Source of the DNA: Spirochaetia bacterium
GTDB taxonomy: Bacteria; Spirochaetota; Spirochaetia; CADAEX01
Reading direction: 5' to 3'
Assembly (NCBI GenBank): GCA_963662795.1
Contig: OY759746.1
Location: 1,216,001-1,280,000, forward strand
Length of the DNA stretch: 64,000 nt
Part shown: positions 38,923 to 47,241 of the stretch, piece after piece
How positions within the stretch are numbered: the first letter of the stretch is position 1
Layout: each line of letters opens with the position of its first letter
The notes under the pieces: model-generated
The model's input: the letters and a program-made list of their open reading frames with translations, nothing else
What the model was told of the DNA's origin: nothing
Databases searched by the model: none
Translations under genes and position numbers: made by a program

Positions 38923-40892
38923 TATAATTCTCCCTTTACTATCTCACTTCTTTGAAGAGGTATCCTGACGATAAATGCGGCACCGCCCATATCACTTTTT
39001 TCAACAATGATTGTTCCGCCGTGGATTTCGGTAATTTCCCTGCATATTGTAAGGCCAAGACCAAGTCCTCCTGTCTTGACCCCTTTTGATCTGTAAAATT
39101 TTCTGAAAATTTTCTCCCTCTCTCTTTCAGGTATGCCCGGCCCACTGTCACTCACAGATATAACTGTGTTTTCCTTCTCCATGAATATGCATAATCTGAT
39201 TATACTGTCTTTCGGTGTATAAAGAATGGCATTATAGAGAAGGTTTGTCAGTAAATGATCCATTAACATAAAATCAAATTTCAGCAGCGGTAAGCTATTG
39301 TCTATTTTTAACTGAAAATCATGCTGTTCAATCATCCGTCCGGTTTTCTTCTGAACAACGGCAACAAGTTCTCCGATATCATACCACTCAAGATTAAGAA
39401 TACTTTTATTGCTTTCTATCCGTATTGATCCGAGAAGATTGTCCACAATTCTGTTAAGTCTTTCTGATGCCTCAACTATATCGTTGGCAAATATCTTTCT
39501 TACTTCAGGTTTTTCTCCAAGGTTTTCATCTATCAAACCGTTGGCTGCCGTAGATATTGTAGTAATTGGTGTTTTCAGTTCATGGGAAACAGAATTCAGC
39601 AGAATCTGATAAATTTTTTCCGATTCTTCGGCAAGCCTGATTCTTTGCCATGTCCTGTTATATTCACTCCTTTCCACAGCTATTGTTATCTGTGATACCA
39701 GCGAGACAAACAGGTTTTCCTGCTCTATTGTAAATCCGTTATCCTGATTTTTATCTATTACAAGTACTCCTGCCGGAGTGGATTGCGTCAGCATTGGGAA
39801 AAAATAATATTCCGAATTGCTGAACATCTCGGTTCCATTCCCTGCCGGTTTTCCCTTTTTATAACACCAGAGAGCAAGGTTAAACTCATTGGCAGTTAAA
39901 GAAAAATCACTTTCTTTATGCACTTCCCGGGAAAGATTGTTATCTTCATCCCGCAGAAAAATTGTTACATGTACTGCAAAAATGCTTTTTAAAAGCTTCA
40001 TTGATTTTTCTATCAGATCATCGAGATTATTGGATTCATTAAGAATTCTGCCCATCCTGTAAAGCTCTTCGAGATTTTTTTCCCGTCTCCTTAAAAATGA
40101 ATCTTTGATCCTCAGCCTTGTTGTTAAATTGCCGATTATAAAAGCAGTGATGAAATACATCAGAAACATGAGAAGGTCTTCCAGACGGTCAATGTAAAAG
40201 GTAAACCTTGGCTGTAAAAAAAGGAAATTCCACAATATTGCACTAAGGCTCGCAAAATAAAGCACAGGTCCTTTTGAATAAATACTTGCTATCACCGCCA
40301 CAGCGGCCAGCAGAATAAATCCGACTGAAAGATAATTAATATATTGATTCAAATAAAGATTGATTCCGATCAATAGCGTGAGCCAGATCGTTACCAGCAA
40401 AAAATCGGCAGGAGTTTTATCTGTGGCAAAAAAAGGGTTCCCGAACAGCAGGGATCTGTTTTTATTTTGTTTAATCTGTTCGGATATGACAAAAATATCA
40501 ATCCCGCCGCTTTTTTTTATCAATGAGTCAACGATATTTCTATCGGGAGAAAAAATAGAATGTTTATAGCCGAGCGGTTTCCCAATAACAATATGTGAAA
40601 TATTATGTTGCCTGGCAATCCTTAATATGCCGTCTGTTGTATCATCATCAAGGGAAACAAAAAGTTCGGCACCCAACTCAGTCACAAGCTCAATATTTTT
40701 TTTCAACTGGCTGTTTTCATCTTCTGAAAGTTTCCGGCTTGTCTGAATATAGACAGCCGACCAGGGAACTTTCTGCTGCATTGCAAACTTTCGGGTCCAT
40801 TTTACAATGTATTGAGAATAAGGACTTGCACTTATTGCCACAAGATAACCGGGAATTGTTTCCATTTTTTTCCGCTTATTTTCTGAATACAT
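38922..40892 (-). CDS. kdpD: KdpD-type sensor kinase lacking the N-terminal KdpD domain (Usp, 4 TM, GAF, HisKA, HATPase)
   Basis: Usp (VAISASP...HIVIGKP), WNFLFLQPRFTF, SVSHELKTP, DSGPGIP, GLGLGL; start uncertain (40907/40892/40865). Confidence 0.88.
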   Translation of the reverse strand: MYSENKRKKMETIPGYLVAISASPYSQYIVKWTRKFAMQQKVPWSAVYIQTSRKLSEDENSQLKKNIELVTELGAELFVSLDDDTTDGILRIARQHNISHIVIGKPLGYKHSIFSPDRNIVDSLIKKSGGIDIFVISEQIKQNKNRSLLFGNPFFATDKTPADFLLVTIWLTLLIGINLYLNQYINYLSVGFILLAAVAVIASIYSKGPVLYFASLSAILWNFLFLQPRFTFYIDRLEDLLMFLMYFITAFIIGNLTTRLRIKDSFLRRREKNLEELYRMGRILNESNNLDDLIEKSMKLLKSIFAVHVTIFLRDEDNNLSREVHKESDFSLTANEFNLALWCYKKGKPAGNGTEMFSNSEYYFFPMLTQSTPAGVLVIDKNQDNGFTIEQENLFVSLVSQITIAVERSEYNRTWQRIRLAEESEKIYQILLNSVSHELKTPITTISTAANGLIDENLGEKPEVRKIFANDIVEASERLNRIVDNLLGSIRIESNKSILNLEWYDIGELVAVVQKKTGRMIEQHDFQLKIDNSLPLLKFDFMLMDHLLTNLLYNAILYTPKDSIIRLCIFMEKENTVISVSDSGPGIPEREREKIFRKFYRSKGVKTGGLGLGLTICREITEIHGGTIIVEKSDMGGAAFIVRIPLQRSEIVKGEL

Positions 40893-40998
40893 CCGTATAC
40901 CACTCAATACTTGTATTTTTTGATAATCTTGTCAAATAAATCCCGGGATTTCCTCTTCCCTTTCTTATTCCATCCTTATTATTTTCATACTTGCCGGA

Positions 40999-41649
40999 TC
41001 ACCCTTCAAGAGCGGGAATATCATCGCTTTTCCCGAGAACATACAGTACCGTATCAGGCATAAGCGTAAAATCAGGGGCAGGATTGAGCACAATTCCATT
41101 TTTTAAGACTTCTTTGACAGCTATTACATTTATATTATACCGCTTACGCAGGTTAAGCTCATTAAGTTTTTTATTTTCGAATTTGTTTGGAAGCGCTATT
41201 TCAAATATCCCGTATTCAGGAGAAAGAGGCAGATAATCAAGCAGATTTTTGTTTGAAAGTTTTTTCGAAAGCTGTTTTGCATAATCAATTTCCGGATTTA
41301 TTGTCAGGGTTGCTCCAAGTTTTTCTATTATTACTCCGTGTTCTTCACTTGATACTTTTACAATTACGTTTTTCACACCAAGTTTTTTTACTGCCATTGT
41401 AACGAGAATTGAATCCTCAAGAGAATCGACAAGATTGATTATAACCGCATCAATGTTTTTATTAATAAAATTCTTAAGAAAATCCACTTCCTTGAAATCG
41501 CTTATAACGGCATGGGCTACAATATCCTTAAGCCTGTTTATAAGAGCTTCATCCCTGTCTATTACTATCACATCATGACCTTTTTTTGCCAATTCACTTG
41601 CAAGAGTAAATCCAAAACTTTTAAGTCCGATCACTGCATACTGTTTCAT
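40999..41649 (-). CDS. ktrA: KtrA/TrkA RCK regulatory subunit (copy 1)
   Basis: KQYAVIGLKSFG, VIDRDE, LGA...INPE, RCK_C LNLRKRYNINVIA. Confidence 0.9.
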   Translation of the reverse strand: MKQYAVIGLKSFGFTLASELAKKGHDVIVIDRDEALINRLKDIVAHAVISDFKEVDFLKNFINKNIDAVIINLVDSLEDSILVTMAVKKLGVKNVIVKVSSEEHGVIIEKLGATLTINPEIDYAKQLSKKLSNKNLLDYLPLSPEYGIFEIALPNKFENKKLNELNLRKRYNINVIAVKEVLKNGIVLNPAPDFTLMPDTVLYVLGKSDDIPALEG

Positions 41650-41667
41650 TTTTCCTGCCTGGATATA

Positions 41668-42051
41668 TCAGCTTATTTCGGAGTTTTCACCGGGAAAACA
41701 TTCATAATTTTTTTTTGATTTCTTTATCAGAACATTTACAGCTGAAAGATACCTTTCATCTTTTCTGTTATCCCTGAGTTGATAATAACTTGTCCTGTCC
41801 CACCTGGGAAGAAAGGAAAACAGGCTTCTGAATTCGTCCAAACTGAACTCAGTATCCTTTCCGCTCAGACGGTATTTTTTTATTATCAATGTCTCTTTAT
41901 TCTCATCAATTTCTGCGGGGTGAGAAATTTCCCGTATAATATTCTCTTTTTCATAATAAATATATTCAGAAGCAGTTATTTCCCTGTCAATTACTGTTAT
42001 GATCAGGTTTAAGAGGCTGTATTTTCTGGTTTTTCCTTCGTAATTACCCAT
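41668..42051 (-). CDS. Hypothetical protein
   Basis: 127-aa ORF with the same orientation as, and 18 nt from, ktrA; no family recognised. Confidence 0.55.
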   Translation of the reverse strand: MGNYEGKTRKYSLLNLIITVIDREITASEYIYYEKENIIREISHPAEIDENKETLIIKKYRLSGKDTEFSLDEFRSLFSFLPRWDRTSYYQLRDNRKDERYLSAVNVLIKKSKKNYECFPGENSEIS

Positions 42052-42166
42052 ACCGTAAAAAATTTACCGGTTTTTATAATTCCCGTCTATTTATAAAGCG
42101 TTTAAATTTCAAGGAGTTATATTAATTTTTTATTAATTTTTTTTATTTGTTTCTATCTATATTTAA

Positions 42167-43630
42167 TCAAATTACTATGTCTTCATATTCCATATCTATC
42201 TTTTTTTCTTCACGTCTAAAGAGGACAATTCCAAAAGTTATCGGCCCGATACGACCGATAAACATAAGAATAATTATTATCGCCTTCCCCAAAAAAGAAA
42301 GGGAGCCTGTAATGCCGGTACTAAGCCCGACAGTACCGAGAGCCGATGCAGCTTCAAAAAATATTTGCTCGTATGTAAATGCCTCCGCAGTTAATAACAA
42401 AAATATTCCAAAAAACAGTATGGAAAAATAGAATACAAAGATTGCCGTAGCCTGTATTATCCGATCATACGGAATAGTTCTCTTCAGTAATTTTATCTGA
42501 AATACTTCTCCAAATATTGAATTTAATGCAATGTTTTTTTCTAAAACATTATTGTTCAAGTTAATCTCCTTTTTCTTTTTAAAATATTTTTGTATTAAAC
42601 TTTTTCCTTTTTTATCAGCAGATAAATCTTGCTGATAATTTATATATTCTTTTTGAAATGAAAAAACGCTGGAAATAACCCCAAACATACTGCTGACAGT
42701 TGTTGATTTAATTCCCCCTCCTGTTCCTGAGGGCGAGGCACCTATTATCATGAGAATTGTCAATATAAAAAGTGAGGAAGATTTTAGTTCGCCGATAGAT
42801 ATTGTATTAAAGCCGACTGTCGTCAATGCAGTCATAGCCTGAAAAAACGCTTTTAAAAGAAAATTCCATTCAATCGTTTTTTGGGGTATGCAATTCTCCA
42901 GAAAAAGGAATAATGTACCAAAAAATAATAAAACAATTGTTATAGTCAGTATAATTTTACTTGTAAAAGTTATTTGCTTCTTTTTTCCGCGAACAAGAAG
43001 CCATATATCTACCATGACAATATAACCAATAGCTCCAAGGAAGCTTAAAACAAAAATTATTATATTGATCGGTTTACTTCCGGAGTATTGTTCGAAACTG
43101 TCATTATAAAGACTGAATCCCGCCGTGCAAAAAGCCGAAATACTATGGAATATGGAGCTCCAGACAGGATTTACTCTTCCATCATTCCACAACAAAGGCA
43201 TAAGAAACAATGCTCCGAGAATTTCAACAATTATCGTATAAATCACCAGACTCTTTATAAACTTTTTAATACTGAAATCTTTTGGCAGGCTGAAGGCTGT
43301 TTGATGTATAACTTCCCGCTCCGGTGATAACGCCTTTCTTGAAAAAAGTATTATAAATGATCCAAAGGTCATATATCCCATGCCGCCAATCTGGATCAAA
43401 ATGATGACAACGATTTGCCCCAATATTTTATAACTGTCAACAACACTGATTGTAACAAGACCGGTTGTTGAAATTGCAGATACCGAAATGAAAAAACTGT
43501 CAATAACTGAAACATTTATTTTTCGGAAAGCCGGAAGCGATAATAATAAAACGCCAATAACGGTATAGGCTAAATATCCCCAGAATAGGAATATTTCCGG
43601 TTTTTTGGTTTTAAGGAACAAATGAAGCAT
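42167..43630 (-). CDS. ktrB: KtrB/TrkH potassium uptake membrane subunit (copy 2)
   Basis: SAISTTGL, SAFCTAGF, TALTTVGF, SALGTVGL, MFIGRIG; ATG 43630 after GAGGA. Confidence 0.9.
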   Translation of the reverse strand: MLHLFLKTKKPEIFLFWGYLAYTVIGVLLLSLPAFRKINVSVIDSFFISVSAISTTGLVTISVVDSYKILGQIVVIILIQIGGMGYMTFGSFIILFSRKALSPEREVIHQTAFSLPKDFSIKKFIKSLVIYTIIVEILGALFLMPLLWNDGRVNPVWSSIFHSISAFCTAGFSLYNDSFEQYSGSKPINIIIFVLSFLGAIGYIVMVDIWLLVRGKKKQITFTSKIILTITIVLLFFGTLFLFLENCIPQKTIEWNFLLKAFFQAMTALTTVGFNTISIGELKSSSLFILTILMIIGASPSGTGGGIKSTTVSSMFGVISSVFSFQKEYINYQQDLSADKKGKSLIQKYFKKKKEINLNNNVLEKNIALNSIFGEVFQIKLLKRTIPYDRIIQATAIFVFYFSILFFGIFLLLTAEAFTYEQIFFEAASALGTVGLSTGITGSLSFLGKAIIIILMFIGRIGPITFGIVLFRREEKKIDMEYEDIVI

Positions 43631-43941
43631 AATATCCTCACCCACAAAGATCTAATATTCTGCGTTTCAGACTGCTTCAATATTAATCATTATGGTTGAT
43701 TCAGTAAATTTAATATTTGTTAATAAAATCTTCTTTTCTGTTAATATTTCATAAATATTTTTCCACTATACTTCAGTAATTCACTTGCTGTAATACAATT
43801 TTTCCGCCCGTCGGCCGGAGCAGCAATGTAATCTTCATGGAGGTATTGCCAATAAAGGAGTCTCGTCAAGCAATGTTATCTGCTGTGCACAGGCCTCTTG
43901 TACGGGCCGCATTGCACCGACAAGCATGACCTTTTCTATTA

Positions 43942-44200
43942 TGTGGGTCATGACCAGGGGTGACAAATCTCCCGATTTTAACTTATTTCTGAGAATTTCT
44001 ACAGAGGTTTTACCTGAAAGTAAACAATGGGACCTGTGCGAATTATAAACATCTCTCATTCTTTAAGTTTTTCTTCAAGGTCCATGTCTCCCTTGTATCC
44101 CGCTGGCTGAGAGAATTCTTCCTTAATTTGTTCGATGTGACCTTTGAACCTTCCCATCAAGCCCTGGAGTTGCCGGCTTAATATAAACATGCTTATCCCA
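43942..44200 (-). mobile_element. Degraded IS481-family transposase 3' end with terminal repeat
   Basis: Frameshifted pieces HVYIKPATPGLDGKVQRSHRT / EEF / DMDLEEKLKE*E / YNSHRSH..LSGKTSVEILRNKL, ending ...TGTCACCCCTGGTCATGACCCACA. Confidence 0.8.
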
Positions 44201-44408
44201 AATTTTGATTTCTTTATTCGTTATTCGTTTCCTGTAAGGATCCATAATACATCTCGGTTAATATTTTATCAGATATGTCAAACCGGGCTCTGATTTTTAT
44301 AAAGCATAATTCATGAGGCCATGGGATATAGAAAAAATCAAAACACACCCATATTTCATGGAATATAGGTGTGTGTAATCGAAGAGCACTGGCACGGGTT
44401 TTAATACA

Positions 44409-44705
44409 TCATCTTTTAGTATTGAATATCTTTTGATACAGGTCTTCACCAAAAGCCGTCCGGGCGGGGTTCACCGGTATCAGTTTAAAGATGCGCTCAC
44501 CGATATCCAGACGCTGCGGCCGTAGAAACTGTACCTGCGTAGCATCAAGAAAGGCCGGTGAACAGTTATAGAGGTGAGTAACGGAAACAACCTCTACATC
44601 GCTTTCGACAAGCGCCTGTATTATTTGACGACATATTCCCGAGCCTTCACGCTCGTTGGTGACGGCAAAGGATTCTTTTAACAGCATGAGAGAGCCATTT
44701 TGCAA
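44409..44705 (-). pseudogene. C-terminal fragment of a MutS-like ATPase (MutS_V domain)
   Basis: LLKESFAVTNEREGSGICRQI...VTHL...FGEDLYQKIF; no Walker A or N-terminus. Confidence 0.8.
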
Positions 44706-44773
44706 ATCTTCTGATATGACAGAGATATTTGGTGATATTTCACAGCATTTTCTTTGTCGACGGCATAATTAGT

Positions 44774-45589
44774 ATGGAGATTATTAATCTTTTTTTTAAA
44801 GCGCTACAATATGATTTTATTCAAAAAGCTTTATTAAACGGAATCTTTATGTCAGCGACAGCAAGTTGATTGGGTAATTTTTTAGTTTTAAGAAAACAAT
44901 CTTTAATCAGCGATGGACTTTCTCATGTCAGTTTTGCAACTGTTTCTCTTTGTTTCTGGCTTGTCGCCGTTATTGGTTTCCATCCTGCTTGTTATCTTTG
45001 CTTCAATATTAATTAATAAACTGAGTGAAAAAGCGAATATTTACAGTGATGCCTCAATTGAATTGGTTTTGGCTTTAAGCATTGCTATTGGCGTAGTCGT
45101 CATCAGTATAGGCAGGGGTTCCAGCATAGATAGGTACAGTTATCTATGCTGGAAGTATATTGGCGATAAGTCAGTTCGAAGTTATTTTATCTGTAGTTGT
45201 TTCTGTTTCTGCCACATTTTTAATAGTTTTTTTTTAACAATCTTTTTTTAATAACTTACGATGAAGATTATGCTCATATTTCAAAAGTTAAAATAAAATC
45301 GATAAATATCATTTTAAGAGTTATCCAATCGATAACAATTGTTGTTGGAATAAAAATAGTTGGCGCTATGCTAATCTCAAGGCTTAGCACATTCCCTGCA
45401 ATAAGTGCTTTACAAGTTGCTGATAATTTTAAAAGAATGATATTAATATTTTTATTGATATCGATTATATCTGTCGTCATAGAAGTATTTTTGTCTTTTG
45501 TGTTGAATTTCCCGACAGGCGCAACAATTGTTTTAATTAATGGTTTGATATTTACAGTTTTCTATTTATTGAAAAAATTGGAGAAATAA
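44774..45589 (+). pseudogene. ZnuB/MntB metal ABC permease pseudogene
   Basis: ALQYDFIQKALL...S*LGNFLVLRKQSLISDGLSHVSFA; later VGIKIVGAMLIS, LNFPTGATIVL; internal stop and several frameshifts. Confidence 0.88.
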
Positions 45590-45692
45590 AACGGCATCCA
45601 TGGCGCAGCGTTCTGGTATTACAATGCTCGCCACGGCAGATAACAGCATATTATGCCTGTTTCCATTGGGGGAACTAATGCTTTTGTCTCTA

Positions 45693-46484
45693 TTATTCTT
45701 CTTTTTTCTTTTTACGCAGAAAATCGAACGCGTTTTTTATCCTGCCGCCTTTTTCCATTATATTACGTAAAGTGCTGCTCTCTTTAATAGTACGGAAGGA
45801 AACGCCCCTGGGAACTGTGTTAAAGAGACACAGACACCAGGCAGTTTCATTTGCGCTGGTAACAACCGGGTAAATTGTTCCGTCATCCATACTTATCTCC
45901 TTTCTTGACTCAGCAGCGGCGGATATCATTTCCTTTATTTCCCGGTCCTTTATAAAAACGTCGATTGAATGTCCTGCAAGTTCTTCAGGCTCAGCCTTAA
46001 ATTTTTCAGCGAATTTTAATGTGCTGAATACAATTTCTCCTGAAGCCATAACAACTGCGGCTGTCATATCTGAAGTATCAATAATTTTCTTTACAAGGTT
46101 ATGAAGAGAACTTATCCGCATGGCCCTTTTTTCGCTTATGCTGTTCATTTCAAGAAGGATATCCGCGATCTGTGTTCCTATTCTTCCAAGTTTCCGGAGG
46201 CCTAAATCAGGAGAGTGGCCGGTATTTCTGCTCATTATCAGTATTTTATCAAGCGCTTTCCCGAAAAGGTAGCTCCTTAGGATCGTTCCTATACCGGCAA
46301 ATAATACTATGATTGAAAAAATCAAACCGGAAAGGAAAATGTTTTCCGCCAGGAATTTAAGTTTTTCCGGAGAAAAGGAGTCTGCCCTTGATATTATAAA
46401 ATATGAATAGGATGAAAGAATTAATAATAAAACTGTCATTAAAATTATAAAAATAATTATTCCGGTTTTTTTTACAAGTATCAT
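45693..46484 (-). CDS. Hypothetical 2-TM membrane protein with possible PAS-like cytoplasmic region
   Basis: Two hydrophobic segments then ...AAVVMASGEIVFST...EELAGHSIDVF; starts 2 nt after ktrA stop. Confidence 0.65.
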   Translation of the reverse strand: MILVKKTGIIIFIILMTVLLLILSSYSYFIISRADSFSPEKLKFLAENIFLSGLIFSIIVLFAGIGTILRSYLFGKALDKILIMSRNTGHSPDLGLRKLGRIGTQIADILLEMNSISEKRAMRISSLHNLVKKIIDTSDMTAAVVMASGEIVFSTLKFAEKFKAEPEELAGHSIDVFIKDREIKEMISAAAESRKEISMDDGTIYPVVTSANETAWCLCLFNTVPRGVSFRTIKESSTLRNIMEKGGRIKNAFDFLRKKKKEE

Positions 46485-46486
46485 GT

Positions 46487-47179
46487 TTATTTACCAGCCC
46501 CGATAAATTCATCAATATCACTATTTTTCCCTACAACAACAAGGACATCATTTTCTTCAAGAAACCTGTTCTCTTCAGGCTGTATAACAATCTCTTTTTT
46601 GGAAGGATTCCCTTCTTCATCCAGATCAGTAACAGTTCTTTCTATCATGACAAGTGATAAACTGAACTTTTTCTTCAGCTGCAGGTCATCAGCTTTTTTA
46701 CCCTTCAATTCTTTAGGGAGAAAAAGCTCGGCTATGCTTATATCTGCTGAAATCGGTATCCTGTCAAGCACTTCCGGCGCTATAAGCCGGCTGGCAACCC
46801 TTATCCCCTCATCGACTTCCAGGTTCAGCACCTCGTCCGCTCCGACCTTTTTAAGTACCTTATAATGCATTTCCGAGACAGCTCTTGAGACTACATAGGG
46901 GACAGACAGCTGTTTTAATATTGCGGTAGTCAGGATACTGGCTTCAATATTGTCTCCTATTGCAACTATCGCATAGTCAACTTCACTTATTGAAGCTCCT
47001 GAAAGGGCTCTTTCATCTGTGGAATCAAGAAGGACCGCGCTTGTTACATTATCAGTAATCATATCAACAAGGTCCGGGTTATTATCGATGGCAATAACCT
47101 TTCCCCCTTTTTCCATAAGAGTCGAGCACAGCTGTCTGCCGAATGAGCCGAGTCCGATTACCGCAAATACCTTATCCAT
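46487..47179 (-). CDS. ktrA: KtrA/TrkA RCK regulatory subunit (copy 2)
   Basis: FAVIGLGSFG, AIDNN, VAIGDNIEASIL, VGADEV, RCK_C. Confidence 0.92.
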   Translation of the reverse strand: MDKVFAVIGLGSFGRQLCSTLMEKGGKVIAIDNNPDLVDMITDNVTSAVLLDSTDERALSGASISEVDYAIVAIGDNIEASILTTAILKQLSVPYVVSRAVSEMHYKVLKKVGADEVLNLEVDEGIRVASRLIAPEVLDRIPISADISIAELFLPKELKGKKADDLQLKKKFSLSLVMIERTVTDLDEEGNPSKKEIVIQPEENRFLEENDVLVVVGKNSDIDEFIGAGK

Positions 47180-47241
47180 TGCCTACTCCTTTATAAAATA
47201 CTGAACCAATCCTGTCTCAAATCCCGGCAGAAAACCTGATC

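Noticed and set aside
43835-44059. 74-aa ORF as a real protein
   Set aside because: Its first half is one frame of the decayed IS481 transposase running through the IS end
44774-45589. In-frame TGA in znuB (and in the IS481 remnant) as recoding or an alternative genetic code
   Set aside because: Accompanied by several frameshifts, and intact genes in the window use TGA as stop
44761-45657. GGCATAAT / ATTATGCC pair resembling RIT-element ends around znuB
   Set aside because: Only 8 bp and no tyrosine recombinase remnants; likely chance
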